Source: an uncultured Acidobacteriota bacterium (GTDB lineage: Bacteria > Acidobacteriota > Polarisedimenticolia > J045). Taken from it: a stretch of 47,616 bases of DNA. The stretch lies in contig CAVPCQ010000013.1 of assembly GCA_963702425.1 (NCBI GenBank), positions 1 through 47,616 of the forward strand. The letters are read 5' to 3'. The notes beneath the pieces were generated by a model. It had not been told where the DNA came from and searched no databases. It saw only the letters and a program-made list of their open reading frames with translations. The position numbers and the translations under genes were made by a program. Shown piece after piece: positions 8,290 to 18,289 of this stretch; the stretch's first letter is position 1; each line of letters starts with the position of its first letter.

Positions 8290-10383
8290 ATGCACGCCGA
8301 TCTCGACAAGGTGCGGAACATCGGGATCTCCGCGCACATCGACTCCGGGAAGACGACGCTCTCCGAGCGGATCCTCTTCTACACGCGTCGCATCCACGCC
8401 ATCCACGACGTCAAGGGCAAGGACGGCGTGGGCGCGACGATGGACCACATGGAGCTCGAGCGCGAGCGCGGGATCACGATCACCTCCGCTGCCACCTCTG
8501 CCACCTGGAAGGATCACGACATCAATCTGATCGACACGCCCGGGCACGTCGACTTCACGATCGAGGTCGAACGATCGCTGCGGGTGCTCGACGGCGCCGT
8601 CCTCGTGCTCTGCTCGGTGGCCGGCGTCCAGTCGCAGTCGATCACGGTCGACCGCCAGATGCGGCGCTACAAGGTTCCCCGGCTCGCGTTCATCAACAAG
8701 CTCGACCGCTCCGGCGCCAACCCGGACCGCGTGGTGCAGCAGATCCGCGAGAAGCTGAAACTGCAGGCGGTCCCGCTGCAGCTGCCGATCGGCCTGGAGG
8801 CGAATCACGAGGGAGTGATCGACCTGGTCACGATGAAGGCCTACTTCTTCGAGGGCGCGAACGGTGAGAACGTCGTCGAGAAGGAGATCCCGGCCGCGAT
8901 GCGGGTCGAGGCCGAGAGCCGGCGCCACGAGATGCTGGACGCGCTGTCGATGTTCAGCGACGAGCTGATGGAGGCTGCACTCGAGGACCGCGCGACGCCG
9001 GAGCTGATCCGGCCCGCGATCCGCCGGGGTGTCCTGGCGCTCGAGCTGGTGCCGGTCCTGATGGGCTCGGCCTACAAGAACAAAGGGGTGCAGCTCCTGC
9101 TCGACGCGGTGAACAGCTATCTCCCCTCCCCCGCCGACGTGCCGATCGAAGCGGTCGACCTGGACAAGGACAACGCCCCGGTCGCACTGACCTCGGACCC
9201 CGCGGCGCAGACCGTGGTGTACGCCTTCAAGCTCGACGAGGGGCGCTACGGCCAGCTGACCTTCACGCGGATCTATCAGGGCTCGCTCGGCAAGGGCGAC
9301 ACGGTGGTCAACACCCGCACCGGGCGCAAGGTCAAGATCGGGCGCCTGGTCCGGATCCACGCCGACCAGATGGAGGACACCGATCGCGCACCGGCCGGCG
9401 ACATCGTCGGACTGTTCGGCATCGACTGCCACACCGGCGACACCTTCGTAAGCGAGAACGGTGCACGCCTGGCGATGACCTCGATGCACGTTCCCGACCC
9501 GGTGATCTCGCTCTCGATCAAGCCCGCTGACAACGCCAGCCAGAACAAGGTCTCCAAGGCGCTTCAGCGCTTTTCGAAGGAAGATCCGACCTTCCGGGTC
9601 CACGTCGACGAGGACTCGAACGAGACGATCATCTCCGGGATGGGCGAGCTCCACCTCGACGTCTACGTCGAGCGGATGCGGCGCGAGTACGGCGCCGACG
9701 TGACGACCGGCGCGCCGCAGGTCGCGTTCCGCGAGGCGATCACCAAGCGCTCCGACTTCAACTACCTGCACAAGAAGCAGACCGGCGGCTCGGGCCAGTA
9801 TGCCCGCATCGCGGGGTTCCTCGAGCCGTACGCCGAGGGGGAGTACGAGTTCGTCAACGCCATCCACGGCGGCTCGATCCCGACCGAGTACATCCCGTCC
9901 TGCGACAAGGGGTTCCGGGCCTCGATGGGCAAGGGGCCGATGATCGGCTTCCCGATCACGGGGATCCGGGCCACGATCAACGACGGCGCCTCGCATGCGG
10001 TCGATTCCTCGGACATGGCCTTCCAGGCCGCCGCGCGCAAGGCCTTCCGCGAGGCCTACAAGAAAGCCGGGCCGCAGATCCTCGAGCCGCTGATGAAGGT
10101 CTCGGTCGAGGGGCCGGGCGAGTTCCAGGGCGCGATCTACCGCACGCTCCTGCAGCGCCGCGGCGTCGTGATCGGCTCGCAGGAAGAGGACGGCTTCGCG
10201 CGGATCGACGCCGAGGTGCCGCTCTCGACGATGTTCGGCTACGCCACCGACCTCCGCTCGGCCACCCAGGGGAAGGCGGAGTTCACGATGGAGTTCGCCC
10301 GCTATGCGCCGGTGCCGCGCGAGGTTGGCGAGGAACTGCTGGCGAAGTACCGCGGCGTGGCCGCGGCGGAGGACGAGGAATGA
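8290..10383 (+). CDS. fusA: elongation factor G (spdEFG1/mitochondrial EF-G1-like, outside the str operon)
   Basis: [65 protein letters not shown]; start MHADLDKV at 8290. Confidence 0.95.
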   Translation: MHADLDKVRNIGISAHIDSGKTTLSERILFYTRRIHAIHDVKGKDGVGATMDHMELERERGITITSAATSATWKDHDINLIDTPGHVDFTIEVERSLRVLDGAVLVLCSVAGVQSQSITVDRQMRRYKVPRLAFINKLDRSGANPDRVVQQIREKLKLQAVPLQLPIGLEANHEGVIDLVTMKAYFFEGANGENVVEKEIPAAMRVEAESRRHEMLDALSMFSDELMEAALEDRATPELIRPAIRRGVLALELVPVLMGSAYKNKGVQLLLDAVNSYLPSPADVPIEAVDLDKDNAPVALTSDPAAQTVVYAFKLDEGRYGQLTFTRIYQGSLGKGDTVVNTRTGRKVKIGRLVRIHADQMEDTDRAPAGDIVGLFGIDCHTGDTFVSENGARLAMTSMHVPDPVISLSIKPADNASQNKVSKALQRFSKEDPTFRVHVDEDSNETIISGMGELHLDVYVERMRREYGADVTTGAPQVAFREAITKRSDFNYLHKKQTGGSGQYARIAGFLEPYAEGEYEFVNAIHGGSIPTEYIPSCDKGFRASMGKGPMIGFPITGIRATINDGASHAVDSSDMAFQAAARKAFREAYKKAGPQILEPLMKVSVEGPGEFQGAIYRTLLQRRGVVIGSQEEDGFARIDAEVPLSTMFGYATDLRSATQGKAEFTMEFARYAPVPREVGEELLAKYRGVAAAEDEE

Positions 10384-11114
10384 CCGCGGAGATGAAGTCC
10401 CGGCTGCGCCGCTCGACCCGCACCCTGCTCGAGAAGGACGGCGCACCCGGGCCCGGCCCGGGGAAGATCGCGCTGGTCATGGCGCGCGCGGGCGTCGGCA
10501 AGACCGCCTTCATGGTGGGCGTGGGCCTCGACGCGATGCTCTCGGGCCAGAAGGTCCTGCACGTCACCGTCGATCGTCCGGTGGAGAAGGTCCGCACCTG
10601 GTACGACGACCTGCTGGCCGAGATGATGCGCGAGCAGCACGCCGACGTCTCACGGGTCGAAGTGCAGCTGGAGATCGAGCGGCTGCGGCACATCCGGACC
10701 TTCATGGGCCACTCCTTTTCGCCCGAACGGCTGGACGAGTTCGTGACCAAGCTCGGCGCCTTCGCCGACTTCAAGCCGGACGTGATCATCCTCGACCGGC
10801 TGGGGATGGAGAAGCCGGACGTCCGCGCGATGATTCCGGCGATCCGCGCGATCGCGGAGCGCTCGGGCGCGGAGGTCTGGATGTCGTCGCGCTGGCACCG
10901 CGAGGGGCCGCCCGAGAAACCGGGGCACCTCCCCCCGCCGGCGGACGAGATCGAGGAGTACGTCGACCTCGCTTTCCTGCTCAAGCACGACGGGACCGGC
11001 GTGCGCCTCACGCTGCTCAAGGACCGCGACCGGATCGGCCGCCAGAGCATGCACGCGCTGCTCGACCCGACGACTCTGCTGCTGGTCCCGGACCCGGCGG
11101 CCCCGAGCGCGTAG
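10380..11114 (+). CDS. RecA/KaiC/DnaB-like P-loop NTPase, function unknown
   Basis: Walker A ARAGVGKT, following strand KVLHVT, Walker B DVIILD; ATGA overlap with the fusA stop. Confidence 0.8.
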   Translation: MTAEMKSRLRRSTRTLLEKDGAPGPGPGKIALVMARAGVGKTAFMVGVGLDAMLSGQKVLHVTVDRPVEKVRTWYDDLLAEMMREQHADVSRVEVQLEIERLRHIRTFMGHSFSPERLDEFVTKLGAFADFKPDVIILDRLGMEKPDVRAMIPAIRAIAERSGAEVWMSSRWHREGPPEKPGHLPPPADEIEEYVDLAFLLKHDGTGVRLTLLKDRDRIGRQSMHALLDPTTLLLVPDPAAPSA

Positions 11115-11387
11115 AGCCCCTGGCGCCGGCGCCGGCCCGCGGGAGACGGCGTTCTCCGGCGAGCCTCGACCCGTCCTTAATCCGAGACGATTCCTCGGCA
11201 GGTGTCCTGCCAGCAGGACGGTTCTCGCGTCCGTTCGCGAAGACGCGGGGACGATGCCCCATCTCTCCGACGATTCCCGTCGAACGGCCATTGCCGCGAC
11301 TCGTGCGGTACGAGTAGCTTTCCCCTGCATCGACCGGATCCGGCGACGCGCATAGGTCCGCGCGTCGCAGGGACGGGGGGGGAACTG

Positions 11388-14300
11388 ATGACTCGTCGCG
11401 CCGTTCCAGCGGGCTGCCCGTGGGCTTGGGGGTTCGTTTCGGCCACGCTCGCGCTTGCAGCGCTCGGCCATCCCGCGCGGGCCGCCGAGCGGCCATCCGA
11501 GCCGTCCGGGTGGCTGCGCCAGATCTCGACGGATCTGGCGGCACGCGAGTACCGCTTCGCACCCGACGGCGGCGAGCGTGTCGCCGCGCCGAACCGCGCA
11601 CAGGGTCTCTGCGTCGCCGCGACTCCCGACCGCGTGGAGCTCACGGCACGCTGCGCGGCGGGCGAACGCTCACCGATTGCCTTGCGCCTCGTTGGCTGGG
11701 GCCGCGCGGACGCTCCGGAGGCAGTCGCTCGCGGTCACCTGCCCCGGCTCGACGGCGCACGCATCTCGATCGAGCGCGGCCCGCTGGTCGAGTGGCTGTT
11801 CAACGACGCTCGCGGCGTCGAGCACGGCCTCACGATCGCGTCCGCGACGGCGGGCGACGGCCCGCTCGTGCTCGAGTTCGCGGTCGATGGCGCGCTGGTC
11901 GGTGCCGCGGGCGATGACGGCCGTGCGCTGATGTTCCTCGACCCGGCGGCCCGGCCGCTGGTGCGGTACGCCGGCCTCGCGGCGTCCGACGCGTCGGGCC
12001 GCGCGCTCCACGCACGGATGTTCCCGGTTCCCGGGGGTTTTCGGATCGAGGTCGACGACGCCGGCGCGAGCTACCCCGTCACGATCGACCCGCTCGCGAC
12101 CAGCGCCGCCTGGCAGGCCGAGTCGAATCAGGCGCTGGCCCGGTTCGGGCTGTCGGTCGCGACGGCCGGCGACGTCGACGGCGACGGCTTCAGCGACGTG
12201 ATCGTCGGCGCACCGTTCTTCGACGGCGACTTCAGCGACGAGGGAGCGGCTTTCCTCTATCGCGGCTCCGCGGCGGGGCCCGCGACCACGCCCTCCTGGT
12301 CGGCCCGCGGCGGCGAGGGCGGGGCCCGCTTCGGAATCTCGGTGGCCGGCGTGGGCGACCTGGACGGCGACGGGTTCGGCGACGTCGTCGTCGGCGCGGA
12401 CGGCTGCACCGGCTTGATCGCGCGGAGCGGGTGCGTGCATGTCTTCCGCGGCTCGGCTGCCGGGCTGGCGGTCGCCGCCGACGTGGTCCTCCAGGGGGGG
12501 CAGTCCGACGCCGCGTTCGGCCGCAGCGTGAGCGGGGCCGGCGACGTGGACGGCGACGGCTTCGCGGACGTCGCGGTCGGTGCACCGCTCCACGACGAGC
12601 CGGTGGCGGACGAGGGGCGAGCCTTCCTTTACCGCGGCTCGCCGACCGGCGTCCTCCCCACCCCGGCCTGGCAGGCGGGCTCCGGACAGGCCGGCGCCGA
12701 GCTGGGCGCGGTGGCCGGCGCGGGTGACGTCAACGGCGACGGCTACGCCGACCTGGTCGTCGGCGCCCCGCGCTTCAGCGCCGGCGAGAGCGAGGAAGGC
12801 CGGGCCTGGCTCTATCTCGGCTCCGGCGGGGGTCTCGAAACCAGCGCGGCTTGGGCGCTCGAAGGCAACCTCGCCGGTGCGCAGCTCGGCACGGCGGTGG
12901 CCACGGCGGGAGACGTCAACGGCGACGGCTACGCCGAGTTCGTCGTCGGCGCGCCGCGCTGGAGCAACCCCGAGGCCGAGGAGGGAGCGGCATTCGTCCA
13001 CTTCGGCTCGGCATCGGGCCCGGCGGGCGCGTGGACCTACGAGTCGAACCTCGTCGGCGCGCGGGTCGGCTTCACGGCCGCGACCGGCGGGGATCTGAAC
13101 GGGGACGGGCGGGCCGACCTGCTGCTCGGCATCGAGGGCTTCGGCGCGCCCGAACCCGCGGAAGGACGCGTCCTGGCGTTCGTCGGATCGGCTGCCGGCC
13201 TCTCGACCACGCCGTACTGGTCGCGTGAGATCGACCAGGCCGGCGCGCGCTTCGCGACCGTGGCGACCGCCGGCGACGTCAACGGCGACGGCTTCTCCGA
13301 CGTCATCGTCGGGGCGGACCTCTTCGACGCCGGCGAGAGCGACGAGGGCGCGGCCTTCGTGTACTACGGCAGCGGCGACGGCCCGGCGGCGACGCCCTCC
13401 TGGGCGCCACCGCCCGACGCGGGCTGGCAACTGTTCGGCTATTCGGTCGCGCCGGCCGGCGACGTCGACGGCGACGGTTTCTCCGACGTGATCGTCGGCG
13501 ACCCGTCGTTCCTCGGCGCGGGCGGGGCCGCGACCGGCCTGGCCGCGCTCTACGCCGGCGCCCCGGGCGGCCTCGCGCCGACGCCGACCTGGACCGCAAG
13601 CGGCCCGGGCGGTTCGGCGTTCGGCATCGCGGTCGCCGGCGCGGGCGACGTTGACGGAGACGGCTACGGCGACGTGGTGATCGGTGCCTCCGACTACCAG
13701 GCCGACTTCGCGCGCGAGGGCGCAGCCTTCGTGTACCGCGGCGGCCCGGGCGGCCTCGCCGCGACCGCCGCCTGGAGCATCGAAGGGGACCGCGCGAACG
13801 CGCGCCTCGGCGCCGCGGTGGCCGGGGCCGGAGACGTCAACGGCGACGGTTTCGGCGACGTCGCGGTGGCCGCGCCCGACTACACCGGCGGGCTGCTGTT
13901 CGCCGGCCGCGTGCTCGTCTTCCACGGCGCAGCGGCTGGGCTGGGGAGCGCCCCCGCCTGGTCCGTCGATGGCGACCAGGAAGCGGCCGACTTCGGTCAC
14001 CACCTGGCCCCGGCGGGCGACGTCGATCGCGACGGGTTCGACGACCTCCTGATCGGCGACCCGTTCTACCTGGGCGCCTTCCTCGGCGGAAAAGCGTGGC
14101 TCTTCCGCGGCGGACCGAGCGGCCTTGCGACGAGCCCCGGATGGGCGATGGAAGGCGAGGACGCCGGCGACGGCTTCGGGCGCTCCGTCGGCTCCGCCGA
14201 CGTCGACGGGGACGGCTTCACCGACCTGCTCGTCGGCGCTTCCGGCTCGAACGCCGCGTTCCGCGACGCGGGACGGGTCTACCTCTTTCCCGCCTCCGCC

Positions 14301-15539
14301 GCGGGACCGGCGAATGCGCCGGCCTGGACCTTTGACGGATCGAACGCGCTGGCGAAGCTCGGCTGGTCGATCGCCGCCGCGGGCGATGTCAACGGCGACG
14401 GGTTCGGCGACGTCGTCGTCGGCGCCCCCGACGGCACCAAGACAAGGGCCTACGAGGGACGGGCCTACCTCTTTCTCGGCGGCGGCTCGGGGCTCGCCTC
14501 TCTCCCGGCGTGGGACGTCGCCAGCGGGGTCGCCCGGTCCGACCTGGGCCTCTCGGTCGCCTCGGCGGGCGACGTCGACGGCGACGGGTTCTCCGACCTG
14601 CTGATCGGTGACCCCGACGCGGGAGAGATCGGCGCCGCGTTTCTCTTCCCGGGCGGAGGCGAGCGCGGTACGACGCGCGCGATCCGCCAGCGCCGCACCG
14701 ACGGCACGCCGATGGCACTGCACGACCTGACGCTCACCGACCGCGCGTTCGACGCCCTGCTCTTCGGGCGCACCCCCGCGGGACGCGGAGGGGTGAGGCT
14801 CGAGGTCGAGGCGAAGCCGCTCGGCGTCCCGTTCGACGGCACCGGACTGCTGGTCGGTCCGATGACCTCGACCGGCGATCCCGGCCCGGGCGGCAGCGCG
14901 GCCGGACTCGCTCTGCGGGTCTCCGGGCTTCCGCTCGCGACGCCCTTCATCTGGCGTGCGCGGCTCGTCTCGCAAGACCCGCTCTTCCCGCGCTCGCGCT
15001 GGTCCTCCATCCAGGGCAACGGCCCGCGCGAGGCGGACTTCGTCACCTGGTGCGGCGCCGCGGCCAGCTGGTACCTCGACGCCGACGGCGACGGGTTCGG
15101 AGACCCGGTTGCGCCGCGCCTGTCGGACTGCGCGCAGCCCGCGGGGTACGTCGCGAACGGGCTCGATTGCAACGACGCCGATCCCTCGTGTTTCGCGCTG
15201 CCCGCGGAGGTCGGAGCCCTGACGGTCGAGCGAATCGGCGCGACCGTGCGGATCTCGTGGTCTTCGCAGGACGCCACGGCGGGCGCCGGCACCGCCTACG
15301 ACCTCGTCGCCGGCGACCTGGCCGCGCTGCGCGCTTCGAGCGGCTTCGGAGCCGCCGCGTGCCGGGCCGACGCCGTGCCCGATTCGCCGTTCGACGACCC
15401 CTCACCGCTGCCGGCGGCGGGGGCGGGCGAGTACCTGCTGGGGCGTGCGCAGAACAGCTGCGCGGCCGGAACCTACGGAGCGGCGTCGATCGTGCCGGAT
15501 CCGCGCGACGCACTCGATTCCGGGGGGCCGTGCCCGTAG
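11388..15539 (+). CDS. secreted FG-GAP (integrin alpha-like) repeat protein, 14 repeats, with a shared C-terminal domain
   Basis: Signal-like MTRRAVP..ALAALGHPARA; 14 copies of the GD[VL][DN]GDGxxD[VL]x[VI]G-type motif; WYLDADGDGFGD..DCNDADP motif; ends in CP. Confidence 0.88.
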   Translation: MTRRAVPAGCPWAWGFVSATLALAALGHPARAAERPSEPSGWLRQISTDLAAREYRFAPDGGERVAAPNRAQGLCVAATPDRVELTARCAAGERSPIALRLVGWGRADAPEAVARGHLPRLDGARISIERGPLVEWLFNDARGVEHGLTIASATAGDGPLVLEFAVDGALVGAAGDDGRALMFLDPAARPLVRYAGLAASDASGRALHARMFPVPGGFRIEVDDAGASYPVTIDPLATSAAWQAESNQALARFGLSVATAGDVDGDGFSDVIVGAPFFDGDFSDEGAAFLYRGSAAGPATTPSWSARGGEGGARFGISVAGVGDLDGDGFGDVVVGADGCTGLIARSGCVHVFRGSAAGLAVAADVVLQGGQSDAAFGRSVSGAGDVDGDGFADVAVGAPLHDEPVADEGRAFLYRGSPTGVLPTPAWQAGSGQAGAELGAVAGAGDVNGDGYADLVVGAPRFSAGESEEGRAWLYLGSGGGLETSAAWALEGNLAGAQLGTAVATAGDVNGDGYAEFVVGAPRWSNPEAEEGAAFVHFGSASGPAGAWTYESNLVGARVGFTAATGGDLNGDGRADLLLGIEGFGAPEPAEGRVLAFVGSAAGLSTTPYWSREIDQAGARFATVATAGDVNGDGFSDVIVGADLFDAGESDEGAAFVYYGSGDGPAATPSWAPPPDAGWQLFGYSVAPAGDVDGDGFSDVIVGDPSFLGAGGAATGLAALYAGAPGGLAPTPTWTASGPGGSAFGIAVAGAGDVDGDGYGDVVIGASDYQADFAREGAAFVYRGGPGGLAATAAWSIEGDRANARLGAAVAGAGDVNGDGFGDVAVAAPDYTGGLLFAGRVLVFHGAAAGLGSAPAWSVDGDQEAADFGHHLAPAGDVDRDGFDDLLIGDPFYLGAFLGGKAWLFRGGPSGLATSPGWAMEGEDAGDGFGRSVGSADVDGDGFTDLLVGASGSNAAFRDAGRVYLFPASAAGPANAPAWTFDGSNALAKLGWSIAAAGDVNGDGFGDVVVGAPDGTKTRAYEGRAYLFLGGGSGLASLPAWDVASGVARSDLGLSVASAGDVDGDGFSDLLIGDPDAGEIGAAFLFPGGGERGTTRAIRQRRTDGTPMALHDLTLTDRAFDALLFGRTPAGRGGVRLEVEAKPLGVPFDGTGLLVGPMTSTGDPGPGGSAAGLALRVSGLPLATPFIWRARLVSQDPLFPRSRWSSIQGNGPREADFVTWCGAAASWYLDADGDGFGDPVAPRLSDCAQPAGYVANGLDCNDADPSCFALPAEVGALTVERIGATVRISWSSQDATAGAGTAYDLVAGDLAALRASSGFGAAACRADAVPDSPFDDPSPLPAAGAGEYLLGRAQNSCAAGTYGAASIVPDPRDALDSGGPCP

Positions 15540-15608
15540 GGCCCGCCCTCCGTGGCGGGTGCGGTGCGCCGGGCCCTGCCGAAGCCCCCGCCGGGACGGG
15601 GTCGGCCG

Positions 15609-16073
15609 CTACGACAGCTCGCCGCGGACGGCCTGCATCACGTCCCACTCGAAGAGATCGAAGGAGAGGATCCCCCCGGCCTCCTCGCGGATCAGGTCGT
15701 CGACGCTGTCGGCGGCCTCGCAGACCCGGCGCAGCTCGCCGTCGAGCGTCGCGTCGTCGGACCCCGCGGGAATGCGATGTTCGAGGACGATGTCCCCCTC
15801 GTCGTCGACGCGCAGCCGGCCGGCCGGGATCGCGGGCTGGTAGGTCTCGCAGACGCGCGCAGGGTCGGGGTGGGAGGGGCGCATCACGAGGAACGCACGC
15901 AGTGCGATCGAACCGTCTGGCTCGCCGGTCGCTTCGATCATCGTCGAGCCGAAGAGCCACAGCAGCACGGGCGGGCCGCCGGACAGCTCGCAGACGCCGT
16001 CTCCGCCCCAGTGGCGGGCGGCGCGACACAAGCGCTCCCAGCTCTCGCGCGCCCGGTCCTTTCGCTCCCCCAT
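15609..16073 (-). CDS. hypothetical protein, possible YbjN/T3SS-chaperone-like fold
   Basis: GGAGG RBS before ATG 16073; pattern GRLRVDDEGDIVLEHRI..LRRVCEAADSVDDLI..GG resembles YbjN/CesT-type proteins. Confidence 0.6.
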   Translation of the reverse strand: MGERKDRARESWERLCRAARHWGGDGVCELSGGPPVLLWLFGSTMIEATGEPDGSIALRAFLVMRPSHPDPARVCETYQPAIPAGRLRVDDEGDIVLEHRIPAGSDDATLDGELRRVCEAADSVDDLIREEAGGILSFDLFEWDVMQAVRGELS

Positions 16074-16245
16074 CGGTTCCTCCCCCGCCCGCAGCCCTGC
16101 GCCGCCTTCTTGTACGGCGAAGGCTGGCCCGCGGCCACGCGAATGCGTCGCTCGAAGTCCACCCGTTCCACCCCGATTCGCGGCCGCGCGGGGCTGCTTC
16201 CACCGTATATTCCCCGGTTGCGCAAGTCGTCCCCCGGGAGGCTCC

Positions 16246-18282
16246 ATGCTCACGGTTTTCTCGCGTCTTCGCGCGCGGTGCGCGGCTTTCCTCGTACTCG
16301 CCGGCGCGCTCACGGGAGCCGCTTTCGGCCAGGCACCGTTCCGCGACGTGACCGCGGAGAGCGGGATCGGCAGCGCGGTCTGGGGCCCGACCGCGAGCTG
16401 GGGCGATGTCAACAACGACGGCTACCCCGACCTCCTGGTCGGGTGCGGCCGGCTCTTCCGCAACGACGGCCCGCCCGCCTTCACCTTCACCGAGCTCGCG
16501 GCCGGGCTCGCCGGCGCGCACGGCGCCTTCGCCGACGTCGACAACGACGGCGACCTCGACGTCTACTGCCCTGCCGGGGGCAACGACGACCACCTGTTCC
16601 TGAACCAGGGCCCGCCTTCTTTCGCCTTCGTCGAACGGACCGACTTCAACGGCGACGGAACCCCCGACATGGTCGACGGCCGGAACTCGATCGCGACCGG
16701 CTGGGGTGACTACGACCTCGACGGCTCGGTCGACATCTACGTGGGCTCCTACGAGCGTCACTGCGGCGGCTCGCCGACCGTCTGCGCCGACTGCGAGCTG
16801 AACACGATGTGGCGCGGGCTGGGCGACGGCCGGTTCCAGAACGTCAGTGCGGCCTGGGGCCTCGAGGCCGTCGAGAAGTCGATGGGCAACCTCGGCTACT
16901 GCGTCGTCAACACCTCGAAGGCCTGCACGCGGGACGGCGACTGCCCGGCGGGCGACTTCTGCAAGACGGGGAACTGCGCGCGCGGGATCAACCCCGGCGA
17001 TTTCGACAACGATGGCGACCTCGACATCCACGTCTCGTCCTACCGGCTCGACCCGAACATGCTGATCCGCAACGACGGCGCCGGTCATTTCAGCAACGCG
17101 TCGTTCACGACCGGGGTCGCCGGCAATCCCGACGGGAGCACCTACGGCCACTCGCTCGGCGCCGACTGGGGCGACATGGACGGCGACGGCGACCTCGACC
17201 TGTACACGGCCAACCTGGCCCACTGGTGGGGGATCGCCGTCGGCGGGCACGACACCTCGTACCTCTGGAAGAACAACAACGCCGGCGCCACCTTCACCAA
17301 CGTCCGCGCCCAATCGGGGATGCGCGTCAGCTGGAACCCGGTGGCGCAGGTCGACTGCGAGGAGGGCTCTGCGGGGTGGGCCGATGCCGACAACGACGGC
17401 GACCTCGACGTCTACGTCACGGGCTTCTACCCGTTCGTGCAGCACTGGTCGACGATGTACCGGAACAACGGCGACACCGATGCCAACGGCGTACCGAACT
17501 TCGTTGACATGTCGGATCCCGGAGGAGGTGTCTGCGGCGCCCTCCCCGATCCGCCGAACACCACCGTCGGCCCGACCTGCATGAAGCGCTGGTACTCGTG
17601 GACCGCGGTCTGGGCCGACTACGACCGCGACGGCGACCTCGACCTGCTGACCTCGGGCAGCCGGCGCTTCAACCAGTGCGACGCGCTGCCGAAGCCGGCC
17701 GAATGCGGCTCGGCCGACCCGGGGAACCGCGACACCTGGCCGCAGCCGGCGTACCTCGTGCTGTTCCGCAACGAGACCGGCAGCGCGATCGGCCGATGGC
17801 TCGAACTGCGCCTGGTCGGGGGCAACGGCGCGAACCGCGCCGCGATCGGCGCGCGCGTCACGCTGACCGCCGACCTCAACGGCGACGGAACGAACGAGTC
17901 GCCGCTGATCCGGGAGGTCTCCGGCGGGGAGGGGTACGAGACCTCGCAGGACGCGCAGGTCCAGCACTTCGGTCTGAGGCACGCGCAGGCGGTGGCGCAG
18001 CTTCAGATCCGCTGGCCGGCGCTCGGCACCCCGTTCTCCACCTTCACGAACCTGCAGCCGGACACCTACTACGTCGCCTACCGCGCCGGGGCCGACCTGC
18101 GGCGCGGGACCTCGCCGGATAGTCTGCCGGTGCTCCGCGCCGCGGTTCCGCTCTACCCCGCGCGGGACGCGGTGCTGGGCGACGGAGCGAACTACTTCTA
18201 CCTGGTGGACGACCCGCAGGCGGTCATCGACGTGGGCAAGGACGCGGCGCGCGGCGAGGTGGTGATCGCCGTCCGGAACTGA
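16246..18282 (+). CDS. secreted CRTAC1/ASPIC-UnbV family FG-GAP-like protein
   Basis: Signal peptide ..GAAFG; repeated WGDxDxDGDLD; NRAAIGARVTL and REVSGGEGY..Q..QHFGL ASPIC/UnbV motif; GGAGG RBS, TATATT upstream. Confidence 0.9.
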   Translation: MLTVFSRLRARCAAFLVLAGALTGAAFGQAPFRDVTAESGIGSAVWGPTASWGDVNNDGYPDLLVGCGRLFRNDGPPAFTFTELAAGLAGAHGAFADVDNDGDLDVYCPAGGNDDHLFLNQGPPSFAFVERTDFNGDGTPDMVDGRNSIATGWGDYDLDGSVDIYVGSYERHCGGSPTVCADCELNTMWRGLGDGRFQNVSAAWGLEAVEKSMGNLGYCVVNTSKACTRDGDCPAGDFCKTGNCARGINPGDFDNDGDLDIHVSSYRLDPNMLIRNDGAGHFSNASFTTGVAGNPDGSTYGHSLGADWGDMDGDGDLDLYTANLAHWWGIAVGGHDTSYLWKNNNAGATFTNVRAQSGMRVSWNPVAQVDCEEGSAGWADADNDGDLDVYVTGFYPFVQHWSTMYRNNGDTDANGVPNFVDMSDPGGGVCGALPDPPNTTVGPTCMKRWYSWTAVWADYDRDGDLDLLTSGSRRFNQCDALPKPAECGSADPGNRDTWPQPAYLVLFRNETGSAIGRWLELRLVGGNGANRAAIGARVTLTADLNGDGTNESPLIREVSGGEGYETSQDAQVQHFGLRHAQAVAQLQIRWPALGTPFSTFTNLQPDTYYVAYRAGADLRRGTSPDSLPVLRAAVPLYPARDAVLGDGANYFYLVDDPQAVIDVGKDAARGEVVIAVRN

Positions 18283-18289
18283 CCTCGCG

